NCBI GenBank assembly: GCA_036003145.1
Contig: DASYSQ010000121.1
Span: 16,052-80,051, forward strand
DNA: 64,000 nt
Direction: 5' to 3'
Origin: Pseudolabrys sp.
Lineage (GTDB): Bacteria > Pseudomonadota > Alphaproteobacteria > Rhizobiales > Xanthobacteraceae
A program made the translations under genes and the position numbers. The first letter of the stretch is position 1. Every line of letters starts with the position of its first letter. Positions 20,295 to 30,198 of the stretch are shown here, in pieces. Under the pieces are notes generated by a model. That model was not told the origin of the DNA and made no database searches. It worked only from the letters and a program-made list of their open reading frames with translations.

Positions 20295-21242
20295 ATGATG
20301 CGGGCCTGGTTCGCGGCCGTACTGGTTAGCATGACTGCTACACCGACGTTTGCACAGGACAAGCTCAAACTCGCCATTGGCCAGATCGACGCCTGGTCCA
20401 ATCAGGTGCCGACCCTCGGCATGCACGCGGGGATATTTCAGAAACACGGCATCGCCCTGGAAAATTTTGGTACGCAAGGCGCGGGTGAGACGATCCAAGC
20501 GGTGATCTCGGGAAGCGCCGATATCGGCATCGGCGTGGGAACACCCGGCGCCATGCGTGCATTTGCCAAGGGCGGCCCGGTTCGAGTGCTTGCTGCCGCC
20601 TACACCGGCGTGGACGATATCTATTGGTTCGTGCCGGTCGATTCGCCGATTAAGGGCGTAACAGATATCACCGAAAAACATAGCATCGCTTATTCAACCA
20701 ACGGCTCGACATCGGATAGCGTGTTGCGGGCCCTGATTGCGCATTACAATCTCAAGGCCCAGCGAACCGCAACGGGAGGCCCTCCGGCGACGCTCACGAT
20801 GACCATGTCAGGGCAGGTCGATGTCGGCTGGTCGGTAGCGCCTTTTGGGCTAAAGGAGCTGAGCAACAAGACAATCCGCGTCGTCATGCGCGGAAACGAT
20901 TTGCCTTCGATGCGAAATCAGACTGTGCGGGTCGAGATCGTTAATGCTGACGTGCTGAAGCAACGGCACGACGTGATTGTCCGTTTTATGCAAGCCTATC
21001 GCGAAACCCTGGACTGGATGTATTCCGATCCGGAGGCCATCAAAACGTATGCGGCGCATATGCGCATGTCCGAAAGTCTGGTCCAATTGCAGCGCGACGA
21101 ATTCAATCCGAAAGAAGCGCTCAATCCGGACAGACTATCAGATCTCGATCTGGTGATGCAGGACGCGATAGCTGGCAAGTTTCTGGAAAAGCCCCTGACT
21201 CCGGAGCAGCTTGCAGAATTCATCCAGATTCCGCACAGGTAG
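20295..21242 (+). CDS. Orphan ABC transporter substrate-binding protein, NitT/TauT (NMT1/THI5-like) family
   Basis: Signal peptide after the GGAGG RBS, GAGETIQAVISGSADIG and TMTMSGQVDVGW. No permease nearby. Confidence 0.85.
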   Translation: MMRAWFAAVLVSMTATPTFAQDKLKLAIGQIDAWSNQVPTLGMHAGIFQKHGIALENFGTQGAGETIQAVISGSADIGIGVGTPGAMRAFAKGGPVRVLAAAYTGVDDIYWFVPVDSPIKGVTDITEKHSIAYSTNGSTSDSVLRALIAHYNLKAQRTATGGPPATLTMTMSGQVDVGWSVAPFGLKELSNKTIRVVMRGNDLPSMRNQTVRVEIVNADVLKQRHDVIVRFMQAYRETLDWMYSDPEAIKTYAAHMRMSESLVQLQRDEFNPKEALNPDRLSDLDLVMQDAIAGKFLEKPLTPEQLAEFIQIPHR

Positions 21243-21247
21243 GATCG

Positions 21248-23542
21248 TCAGGCGGCCTCGTCCTTTGGCAGAAGGCATTGGGGTTCGAGTGGCAGCCGCA
21301 CGACCACGAGCGTGCCCTTGCCGAGCGTTGAGCGAATGCGCATGCGACCGCCGTGCAGTTCTACCAATGATTTCGATATTGCAAGTCCAAGTCCCGAGCC
21401 CTGATGGCTCTTGGTGAGCTGACTTTCCACCTGCTCGAACGGCCGGCCAAGCTTGGTGAGTGCATCCTTGGCGATGCCAATGCCGGAATCGGCGATCGCA
21501 AGCGTGATACAGCGGTCGGTCGTCCGGCCCCGCACCGTGATGCGGCCACCTGCGGGCGTAAATTTCACCGCATTGGAAAGCAGGTTGAGGACAATCTGCT
21601 TGAGCGCGCGACGATCGGCGCGCAATCGGAGCCCAGGCGATATGCGCGCCGACAACTGTAGCTGCTTGTCCTGTGCGCGTGCCGCGACGACGCGCATGGC
21701 TTCGTTGAGCAACGTGTCGAGGCGGAGATCCTCGAAATCAAGTCGGATGCGACCGGCCTCGATCTTCGACATGTCGAGGATATCGTTGATGACTTCAAGC
21801 AGATATTGGCCACTGCCACGGATATCGCTGCAATACTCATGATATTTTTCGGCTCCAAGAGGACCGAACATTCCCGATTCCATGATCTCGGAAAAGCCGA
21901 TGATGGCGTTAAGCGGTGTGCGAAGCTCGTGACTCATGCTCGCCAGGAATTTTGATTTGGCCTGATTGGCTTCCTCTGCCCTGGTTTTTTCTTCGGCATA
22001 TTTCTCGGTGAGTTCTGCCGACCGTTGCTGCGACTCGCGCAGATCCTCGACCGTCGCCATGAGGCGTTTTTCGCTGTCGACCAATTTTTCTTCGTGTCTT
22101 TTGATTGCCGTAATATCTGTGCCAACCGAAACGTAGCCGCCGTCCTTGGTGCGCCTTTCGCTGATATGCAGCCAGCGCCCATCTTCAAGCTGCGCCTCGA
22201 ATGTGCGTGCACCTGGAATGCTTGGGCCAGCCGTGGAAATTTTGTTGCGAACAACAGGTTTGCTCCCCGCCGAAACGACGGATTCATAGGACGCGCCAAC
22301 ATTGATTGCCTCGTCGGGCAGATGGTGGAGTCCCTGAAAGTTGGAATTGCAGAGCACAAGCCGGTTGTTTGCATCCCACAACACGAACGCTTCCGGTATG
22401 GTCTCGATGGCGTCACGCAGGCGCATATCAGCGGCGACGGTTTTTTCCACGAGATTTTTCTGCTCCGTAATGTCCACGGCGATACCAATCAGATGCAGGC
22501 CTGGTTCACCCGCTTGGCGTACCAGTTCGCAGCGTGCCCGCAGCCATACCCAGTGGCCGGCTGCGTGGCGCATGCGGAAGGCATGATCGATCGTTGTCGC
22601 GGTCACATCAGCGAGATTAGCAGCGAGCTCATAGAGACGGACGTCTTCCGGGTGTACCAGCGCATTTACATCCCCGAATGACAGCAAATCTCCCTTAGTA
22701 TCGAGACCGAGAATTTCGAACATTGATTGGGACCAGAAGATGCGGCCGCTGGCGAGGTCCCAGTCCCACAACCCGCAGCGGCCGCGATTGAGGGCGGTAT
22801 CGATGCGGCTGCGGACCGTTTCATAGATCAGGTCCGCCTCCCGCGCCCGCGTCGCCTGCCAATGAAAGGCGAAACCGAGAATGAGCACAACGAAACCCGT
22901 CGTAGTCGACAATGTAACCGTGAGCGTGGTGAGCGAGCGCCAGTTGGCAAGGGCGGCGTCCCGCGACTGAATTAGCGCGAGTTGGCCAAACGGGGGACCA
23001 AGCATACGGACGGTCGCCAAAGCCCGTGAGTCGTCGGGCAGGGTGATTTCCATGACACCGGCACCCGCGCCGAAGGTCGTCAGGGGTTGTGTCGGTCCCA
23101 GCAACTCGATGAGCCGGCGGCCAATCGTCGAGTCGCCGGCAGGGGTCGCGGCCATGACGATGCCGTCAGAATTGGTCAGCAGGAAGCGCCGACCGGCAGC
23201 CATAGCCCAGGATGGCAACACACGCCCGAGCACCAGATGCGGTTGTTCGATGGTATTGGCAGCCTTCTCGGGCGGCTTGTGCAGGCGCTCGGCAGCAAGG
23301 TCGGCGATTGCCCCAAGTGACGCGACTTCGTTGGTGAGAGTCTGCCGACGGTGGTCCATCACCTGCACGAAGGCGCCGACGCAAATGGTGGCCAGGAAGG
23401 CGATGATCAGCACCGGGACGGCACGGCGCAGGAGTGGCTCGGCGTTCAGAAGCCGCCGATATGCCGGTTTGGCGACTGATTGCGCGAGGCCCTTAATAGA
23501 ATCGGGATGTGCAGACGCACTCGCCGCACTGGCGCGCGCCAT
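21248..23542 (-). CDS. pleC: Cell-cycle PAS-domain histidine kinase/phosphatase PleC
   Basis: TM plus PAS/PAS-7 domains, FLASMSHELRTPLNAIIGFSE and GRPFEQVESQLTKSHQGSGLGL. Adjacent to pepN, as usual in rhizobia. Confidence 0.88.
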   Translation of the reverse strand: MARASAASASAHPDSIKGLAQSVAKPAYRRLLNAEPLLRRAVPVLIIAFLATICVGAFVQVMDHRRQTLTNEVASLGAIADLAAERLHKPPEKAANTIEQPHLVLGRVLPSWAMAAGRRFLLTNSDGIVMAATPAGDSTIGRRLIELLGPTQPLTTFGAGAGVMEITLPDDSRALATVRMLGPPFGQLALIQSRDAALANWRSLTTLTVTLSTTTGFVVLILGFAFHWQATRAREADLIYETVRSRIDTALNRGRCGLWDWDLASGRIFWSQSMFEILGLDTKGDLLSFGDVNALVHPEDVRLYELAANLADVTATTIDHAFRMRHAAGHWVWLRARCELVRQAGEPGLHLIGIAVDITEQKNLVEKTVAADMRLRDAIETIPEAFVLWDANNRLVLCNSNFQGLHHLPDEAINVGASYESVVSAGSKPVVRNKISTAGPSIPGARTFEAQLEDGRWLHISERRTKDGGYVSVGTDITAIKRHEEKLVDSEKRLMATVEDLRESQQRSAELTEKYAEEKTRAEEANQAKSKFLASMSHELRTPLNAIIGFSEIMESGMFGPLGAEKYHEYCSDIRGSGQYLLEVINDILDMSKIEAGRIRLDFEDLRLDTLLNEAMRVVAARAQDKQLQLSARISPGLRLRADRRALKQIVLNLLSNAVKFTPAGGRITVRGRTTDRCITLAIADSGIGIAKDALTKLGRPFEQVESQLTKSHQGSGLGLAISKSLVELHGGRMRIRSTLGKGTLVVVRLPLEPQCLLPKDEAA

Positions 23543-23608
23543 AGAAGGCCTCCGTTTGGAATTTCCCCTGTCACCCTTGAGACGGAAGGATGTGCCGCAT
23601 CGCGTTCC

Positions 23609-23665
23609 GAATCACTTTGTTGATTGGAATCGATGAGCGCTGATTTGTCGAGAGTCCGAAGAGTC
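23609..23665 (-). promoter_or_regulatory. Cluster of four GANTC (CcrM) sites in the pleC upstream region
   Basis: gaatc 23609, gaatc 23627, gagtc 23652, gagtc 23661. Confidence 0.6.
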
Positions 23666-23724
23666 AAATATTTAAAAAATGTTACCCACGGATAGTTTGG
23701 CGATAAAAATCCAGTCCCCCTTGA

Positions 23725-26373
23725 TCACTCTGGCGCGGCCAGCGCCCGTTCAACGATGTCGGCCAGATCGCGGGAAAGGCCCGGCGCACCCTTGATACGC
23801 GTAAGGACGGCTTCTGCTTTCATCCGACGGCCGGCTTCCAGCATCCGCCAGCTGCGAAAGGCCGTCGCCAGCCGGGCCGAAATTTGCGGATTTTTTTGAT
23901 CCAGGGCAAGCACAGTGTCCGCGACGAAGTCGTAGCCTAGGCCATCAGCCCTGTTGAATTGGGTGGTATTCCCCTGCGCGAACGCGCCGATCAGCGCCCG
24001 CACGCGGTTTGGATTGGCGGGAGAGAATGCGGGATGGGCAGTCAGACGCCGCACGTTTTCGAGCGTGTTCGGCTGTGGGATGGTGGCCTGTAGTGAAAAC
24101 CACTTGTCCACGACCAGTGCGTCCGAAGCATAGCGTGCATGGAAATCGGCAAGAGCGCGTTCCCTCTCCGGCACCTCATGCAGCGACAGGGTCACAAGCG
24201 CGGCCAAGCGATCGGTCATATTGTTGGCGGTCTCGTATTGCCGGCAAACGCGGGCGATAACCGCGGGTTTGCCAGTTGCCGCAAGCAGATCAATCGCCAC
24301 ATTCCGCAAGGCACGGCGTCCGGCACTCTGGGCGTCAGGTGAATAGTCCCCGGACAGGGCCATCCGGTCATAAAGCGTGGCGAGCGCAGGACCAAGCTGC
24401 TCACCGATCGCGGCGCGCAACCCGGCGCGAGCGCGAAAGATTGCGTCGGGATCGATGTCGCGGCTGATTTCGCGCGCAACGTCGCCTTCGCCCGGTGGGA
24501 CCAGTGCAAGCGCAACGAAAGCGGGCTCCAGCGCAGTGTCCTCGAGAATAGCAGCCAGCGCGAGCATAAGCTGGTCGTCGCTGCGTGTCGGACGACCCGA
24601 GCGCAAGGCAGCAACATTATCGATCAGCAGGCGCATCGAGATCGTCTGCAGTGCCTGCCAGCGGTTGAACGGATCAGCGTCATGGGCGGCGAGAAAGGCG
24701 AGGTCACTGGCAGCCAGATCGGTGATGAGCTTGATCGGTGCGGAAAAACCGCGATTGATAGAAATGACCGGGTCCTGATCGATATTGACGAATTCGAACC
24801 TCGCCACGGGCTTGTTCAGCACCAGAACGTCTCGCTCGATCGGTTTGCCGGTCGACAACTTGAGCGGTAGATCGTGTCCGTTCCTGCCGACCAAGCCGAG
24901 CGACAGCGGGATGACCATCGGCTCCTTCACTGTCTGACCCGGTGTCGGTGGAACGGCCTGCTTGCATTCAAGGATATAAGTTTTGCGCGCCGCATCGAAC
25001 TTGCCGCTGACCGTCACTTCAGGCGTGCCAGCCTGACTGTACCAGCGCATAAACTGTGTCAGATCGTGTCCGCTGGCGTCCGCGAAGCATTGGATGAACT
25101 GCTCGACAGTGGCGGCCTCGCCGTCGTGGCGCACGAAATAGAGGTCCATGCCAACACGAAATTTTTCTTGGCCGACCAAAGTCTGTACCATCCGCACAAC
25201 TTCGGCGCCTTTCTCATATATGGTGGTTGTATAGAAATTATTGATTTCCTTGTACGTCTCAGGGCGTACCGAATGTGCCAAGGGACCTGCGTCCTCGATG
25301 AATTGTGTACCGCGCAGGCTTCTTACATCGGCGATCCGTTTCACCGGACGTGAGCGCATGTCCGAAGAAAATTCCTGATCACGAAAAACAGTGAGACCTT
25401 CCTTTAGGCAAAGCTGAAACCAATCGCGGCACGTAATGCGGTTGCCAGTCCAATTATGGAAGTATTCGTGCGCAATCACGGCTTCGATATGAGAAAAGTC
25501 TGCATCGGTTGCGGTGTCCGCGCTCGCCAGGACATATTTGTCATTAAAGACGTTAAGTCCCTTATTCTCCATCGCGCCCATGTTGAAGTCGGAAACTGCA
25601 ACGATCATGAAAATGTCGAGATCGTATTCTCGGCCGAAAGCTTTTTCATCCCAGAGCATGGCGCGTTTGAGCGAATCCATCGCATAGACACAACGGTCTT
25701 GCTTGCCGTGCTCCACATAAATGCGCAGTGTCACATTGCGCCCGGACATGGTCACATAGTGGTCCTCGATGCATGCAAGATCGCCGGCAACGAGTGCAAA
25801 AAGGTACGACGGCTTGGGATGCGGGTCGTGCCAGACTGCGAAGTGGCGCCCGCCGGGAGCTTCTCCGTGCTCGACCAGATTGCCATTTGAGAGCAACACG
25901 GGCGCTTCCGTTTTGTCGGCCTCGATGCGTGTGGTGTAGACGGCCATGACGTCAGGTCTGTCAGGAAAGAACGTAATACGACGAAAACCCTCTGCCTCGC
26001 ACTGCGTGCAATAGGTGCCATTTGAGCGATAAAGCCCCGACAACTGAGTGTTGGCGGAGGGATCAACAATGGTCTCGATTTCCAGATTGAACGGCCCGTT
26101 CGGCGGCTGCGCAATGGTGAGGCTCTCGGGCGTCGCAACATAGCTATCCGGAGCCATGACGGTTCCGTCGAGCTTGAGCGAGGTCAGCGACAATCCATCG
26201 CCATTGAGAATGAGCGGTGCGGACGCGGATCTGGGATTAGGCTTAAGCGCAAGCGTCGCGCGGATGCGTGCCGCAGTGGGATGGAGCGTAACGTCCAGAG
26301 AGACCGTTTCTACCAGCCAGTCAGGCGGCTGGTAGTCTTTCAAGCGGATCGACTGGGCAGTATCGGTGCGCAT
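23725..26373 (-). CDS. pepN: Aminopeptidase N (M1)
   Basis: GAMENKGLN, HEYFH...E zinc motif and NFYT..YEKGAEV. Confidence 0.97.
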   Translation of the reverse strand: MRTDTAQSIRLKDYQPPDWLVETVSLDVTLHPTAARIRATLALKPNPRSASAPLILNGDGLSLTSLKLDGTVMAPDSYVATPESLTIAQPPNGPFNLEIETIVDPSANTQLSGLYRSNGTYCTQCEAEGFRRITFFPDRPDVMAVYTTRIEADKTEAPVLLSNGNLVEHGEAPGGRHFAVWHDPHPKPSYLFALVAGDLACIEDHYVTMSGRNVTLRIYVEHGKQDRCVYAMDSLKRAMLWDEKAFGREYDLDIFMIVAVSDFNMGAMENKGLNVFNDKYVLASADTATDADFSHIEAVIAHEYFHNWTGNRITCRDWFQLCLKEGLTVFRDQEFSSDMRSRPVKRIADVRSLRGTQFIEDAGPLAHSVRPETYKEINNFYTTTIYEKGAEVVRMVQTLVGQEKFRVGMDLYFVRHDGEAATVEQFIQCFADASGHDLTQFMRWYSQAGTPEVTVSGKFDAARKTYILECKQAVPPTPGQTVKEPMVIPLSLGLVGRNGHDLPLKLSTGKPIERDVLVLNKPVARFEFVNIDQDPVISINRGFSAPIKLITDLAASDLAFLAAHDADPFNRWQALQTISMRLLIDNVAALRSGRPTRSDDQLMLALAAILEDTALEPAFVALALVPPGEGDVAREISRDIDPDAIFRARAGLRAAIGEQLGPALATLYDRMALSGDYSPDAQSAGRRALRNVAIDLLAATGKPAVIARVCRQYETANNMTDRLAALVTLSLHEVPERERALADFHARYASDALVVDKWFSLQATIPQPNTLENVRRLTAHPAFSPANPNRVRALIGAFAQGNTTQFNRADGLGYDFVADTVLALDQKNPQISARLATAFRSWRMLEAGRRMKAEAVLTRIKGAPGLSRDLADIVERALAAPE

Positions 26374-26412
26374 GGCTATTGATCCAGGATGTCCCGCCGG
26401 CAATTGGAAGAA

Positions 26413-27783
26413 TTAGCGGACCGGTTCCGCGTGGCCGATCACGCGTTTAATCGAGGGCGACCGCTGTTTTAATGCGCGTTCCAGCGCATCGACGTTTTCG
26501 TGCACGCTCTGTACGCTCAATTGCGGATCGACACGGCAGTGAAAGTTGACAATTTCGCCTTCATCGGTTTCGCGTACGCGCACGTTATGCACATCGCGGA
26601 TTGTGCGTCCTTCTGCAGCCAACTCCGACAATGTAATTGCAACTGCCTTGACCCGTTCGGATGGAGCCTCGCGGCCGGAGGCGTCCTGCGGCTGCAACGG
26701 TTCGATGTGCGTTTCAACTTCGACCGTAGGGCCGAGCTCCGCGGTGATCGCATCCTCCAAACCGTCTGCCATCTCGTGCGCTGATTGCAAAGAAAGCCTT
26801 CCGTCAACCTCCAGGTCGAGTGATACGGCGAGCTTGTCTCTCAGCTCGTGGACCGTGACATGGTGCACCGCGAGTGCGCGGTTACGTGCGATTACCATGA
26901 TACGGTCAAGAATTGTCTCATTACTGAGTGCCACGGGCTCGGTGGTGACCACCGGCTCGGCGCCGGGCATCTGTTTGCGGATCGCAGCGGCCACGTCATC
27001 TTTGAGTGTGCTTACCCGATCAAGCGGCAGCGTACGGCTAACCGAAACGCCAAGATCGATAAAAGTCTGCTCGCCAACTGACCGCGCCCGCACTTGTTCG
27101 ACACCGACTACTCCCGGGATACGCGCTGCAATGGCTGTGATTTTTGCTGCAGCTCCTGGCGGGGCGACGTCGATGAGAGTGTCGATGGTTCGTTTCCCGA
27201 GGCGCCAGCCCGCAACACAAACGAGGATTGCCACAACGAACGCAGCGACAGAATCTGCCCACGCCAGGCCAAAATGCACTCCAATGAGACCGACAAGCAC
27301 AGCCAGCGACGACCACAGGTCGGATGAAAAATGCAAAGCGTCGGCTTCGAGCGCGTGACTCGAGGTTTTTTCCGCAGTATGCGACAACGCGCGCGCCCGA
27401 AAAAAATCGACGACAATTGACGCCACCATTACGCCGAAGGCCCAGACAGTAGCTTCGACGGCATGACCTTCGTGTTCGACCAGTCGCTTGACAGCCTCCC
27501 AAATCACTATTCCGGAGAGCAGGAACAGTAGTGCCGTTTCAGCCAGAGCCGATACCGCTTCGACTTTTCCGTGGCCGTAGTGATGCTTCTCGTCGGCTGG
27601 CTTTCCGGAGATCCTTACGGCGATATAGGTCATGACCGTGGCGCCGAGGTCGATCAGCGAGTGTCCGGCTTCGGAAAGGATCGCCAGCGAGCCCGTGGAA
27701 AAGCCCACAAAGGCCTTGGCGATGGTCAAGCCGGCCGAAGCGGCGATCGAAGATAGGGCTACTTGTTCTTTTTCGGCCTGCAT
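26413..27783 (-). CDS. Cation diffusion facilitator transporter with three tandem C-terminal ZT-dimer domains
   Basis: HSLID (TM2), HFSSD (TM5), H.YGHGK.E and three repeats ending in EP motifs. Confidence 0.9.
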   Translation of the reverse strand: MQAEKEQVALSSIAASAGLTIAKAFVGFSTGSLAILSEAGHSLIDLGATVMTYIAVRISGKPADEKHHYGHGKVEAVSALAETALLFLLSGIVIWEAVKRLVEHEGHAVEATVWAFGVMVASIVVDFFRARALSHTAEKTSSHALEADALHFSSDLWSSLAVLVGLIGVHFGLAWADSVAAFVVAILVCVAGWRLGKRTIDTLIDVAPPGAAAKITAIAARIPGVVGVEQVRARSVGEQTFIDLGVSVSRTLPLDRVSTLKDDVAAAIRKQMPGAEPVVTTEPVALSNETILDRIMVIARNRALAVHHVTVHELRDKLAVSLDLEVDGRLSLQSAHEMADGLEDAITAELGPTVEVETHIEPLQPQDASGREAPSERVKAVAITLSELAAEGRTIRDVHNVRVRETDEGEIVNFHCRVDPQLSVQSVHENVDALERALKQRSPSIKRVIGHAEPVR

Positions 27784-27841
27784 GGGGCGTCGGTGTACCC
27801 CAAACCGGGGCGAATTTCGAGAACTGCCAGGAACGCGATCC

Positions 27842-28837
27842 TCATAGCTTGATCGGTTTTCCGTCCGCCGCAGCAGAGCGCGTAACTGCGTCGAGAATGC
27901 GGATGTTTGAAAGCAACTCATCCGCAATGAAGCGATAGGGCGCCCGACCCTCAACCGCATCGGCCCAGGCCTCGAAATTCATGCGTACCGTATTGGCATG
28001 CTCGTAGGTGCGCGTATGCCGGCTTCCATCCACTGCACAATGAACGAAGCTCGATGGGATGCCCTTGTCGACATTGCCACCTTCCTGCACTTCGACCCAC
28101 CCCTGATCGCAAACCAAGGTAAAACGCCCGTAAAACGGTGGCGTCGACAGGCAAGTGATGCGCCCATGGACGCCATTTTCGAAATCGATTTCGGCGCTTA
28201 CAAAATCTTCCGAAGGTGTCTGAAAAATCTGCGAAGCAGTCCGCCCCGTCACGCGGGTGGGCTTGCCGGCGAGTGATACAAACATATCGCCAAGATGAAT
28301 GCCGAGTGCAGTCCAAGCGCCGGCTGGCGCGTGGCGAGGATCACGACGCCAATTCGACGGATCCATTCTTCGAAAATTGCTGTGGCTGACGTTGGCATCG
28401 AGGTGCAGCAAGCGCCCGAGCGCGCCGGTCTCAAACAGGCGTCGCATCTCTTCCATCGCCGGTTCGTAGCGCCGTTCATGGCCGATGCCGAGGACGCCGC
28501 CGGTTTTGGCGCAGGCAGCCAAAATCCGCTCGGCGCTTGCGGCCGTGAGAGCGAGTGGCTTTTCACAGAACACGTGTTTGCCTGCGCGAAATGCCTCGAC
28601 AGCCATTTCTTCGTGGAGCAGGTGAGGGGTCACAACGGCGACAGCGTCAACATCGGAACGGTTGAGAAGTTCCCTATAGTCCTCAGTCAGGTCAAACTTG
28701 TGAGAAGCTGCGAATGGTGCCGCCATCTTGGTATCTATATCGCATCCGGCCACCACCTTGAAACGCGGGCTATCGGCAAGGCAGGTCACGATCTGCTTGC
28801 CCCACCAGCCAAGGCCGATAATCCCGATCCTGATCAT
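27842..28837 (-). CDS. Gfo/Idh/MocA family oxidoreductase
   Basis: GIIGLGWWG Rossmann motif, GKHVFCEKP and GIHLGD. Confidence 0.92.
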   Translation of the reverse strand: MIRIGIIGLGWWGKQIVTCLADSPRFKVVAGCDIDTKMAAPFAASHKFDLTEDYRELLNRSDVDAVAVVTPHLLHEEMAVEAFRAGKHVFCEKPLALTAASAERILAACAKTGGVLGIGHERRYEPAMEEMRRLFETGALGRLLHLDANVSHSNFRRMDPSNWRRDPRHAPAGAWTALGIHLGDMFVSLAGKPTRVTGRTASQIFQTPSEDFVSAEIDFENGVHGRITCLSTPPFYGRFTLVCDQGWVEVQEGGNVDKGIPSSFVHCAVDGSRHTRTYEHANTVRMNFEAWADAVEGRAPYRFIADELLSNIRILDAVTRSAAADGKPIKL

Positions 28838-29105
28838 TCGTATCGTCCCTAAAAGCTTATGCCATAGAATGCTGGGGCAACGGCCATTGCGCAATGGCGG
28901 TGGCGTGAAATGGAAGAGAACCACTATACGTTGGGACAGAAAATAGTTGCGGCGACCTCAGTCGTACCGGCCGTCGTACCTTGCTGGTCGGTCAGCTTTG
29001 CGCTGAGGTCTATTATTGATTTTCCAAGCAGGTACGAATGGGAGACTGAAATTTCGGGCGCCAAGCGATATCGCGGCAGCGACGGGAAGTGCGCTGGAGC
29101 CATTA

Positions 29106-30134
29106 CTAGATAGGTTCTTGCCCCGACGGCTCAACCCCATCGTTGCCATCGTCATCTGAAAATGTAATTGGCACAATACGTTTGCGGTTCACCCTGAGGT
29201 CGAACACATCGAACCGGTTATAATAACCCACCACGTCGTGGAATTGTTTTGGCTCGACGCAGTGTGAGATGTCTATCTGCTGGTACAGCAAGCCTTCCAC
29301 TTCACACAGCGTATCGCTGATCACTTCGCCGGATGGCCCGATAACCATCGAGACTGCTTGCGGGCTTTGCTCAAGAGTCGCGCGCGCTTCGCGGTCAATT
29401 CCATTGAGCGCGTCAAGCGTCTTGTTGTCGAGAAATGCAGAAGTCACGACGTTGAAAACCTTGCCTTCGAAAGAGTGTGCTCCCGTCCGAATGCGGATGG
29501 CTGAGGCGAGATCATAGCGGCCCGGTTCATTCGATGGACGCGTAGGCCACACAGGTGGGTATGAGGAGACGTGGACTTGTTCACCTTGTGCGATCAGCGA
29601 ATAGCGGGCGAGAGGATTCGTGTTCTCACCACAAATTAGCATACCGAGCTTGCCGATTGGCGTGTCGCTCACGCGCAAGCCGGCGCCGTCACCTGACGAC
29701 CATATTAGCTTTTCATAAAAGGTCGGTACCAGCTTTCGGTGATGATTGACGATAATGCCATTCGCGTCGATCAGTAAATTACTGTTCCAGAGAGCGCCGA
29801 CCGAAACCGCCGAGCGCTCGCTGATGCCGATGGACACCACGATGGCCCCATCGCGCGCGGTTTGACAGAGTTGGGTCACCTCAGGTCCCGGAACTGCGAT
29901 CGAATTGTCCGCCAGCTGCTTGAAGAAATTGTGGTTCTTGATTGGCGCTTGTATCGACGCCCAGACCGGGAATCCGGGCACATAGGACTCAGGAAACGCG
30001 ATCAGTTTTGCGCCGTTGGAAGCAGCTTCGGCGATCAGGGAACACGCTTTCTCGACGGTTGCAGCCGCGTCCAGAAATATCGGCGCAACATGCGCAGCGC
30101 AGGCTTTGAATTTCGGATAATCAGGCAGGGTCAT
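29106..30134 (-). CDS. Nitrilase / carbon-nitrogen hydrolase
   Basis: Catalytic triad FPE, HRKLVPT and LICGENTNPLAR. C-terminal DVVGYYNRFDVF. Confidence 0.93.
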   Translation of the reverse strand: MTLPDYPKFKACAAHVAPIFLDAAATVEKACSLIAEAASNGAKLIAFPESYVPGFPVWASIQAPIKNHNFFKQLADNSIAVPGPEVTQLCQTARDGAIVVSIGISERSAVSVGALWNSNLLIDANGIIVNHHRKLVPTFYEKLIWSSGDGAGLRVSDTPIGKLGMLICGENTNPLARYSLIAQGEQVHVSSYPPVWPTRPSNEPGRYDLASAIRIRTGAHSFEGKVFNVVTSAFLDNKTLDALNGIDREARATLEQSPQAVSMVIGPSGEVISDTLCEVEGLLYQQIDISHCVEPKQFHDVVGYYNRFDVFDLRVNRKRIVPITFSDDDGNDGVEPSGQEPI

Positions 30135-30157
30135 TCGAAGCCCGCTTTATAAGTGAG

Positions 30158-30188
30158 GTGGCGGCGACGCGATATGCGTCACCGCCAC
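30158..30188 (-). terminator. Intercistronic hairpin after the SBP gene (mRNA stabiliser or weak terminator)
   Basis: Minus strand gtggcggtgacgc-atatc-gcgtcgccgccac forms a 13-bp stem with one G-U pair. Confidence 0.6.
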
Positions 30189-30198
30189 GGTTAGGCAG

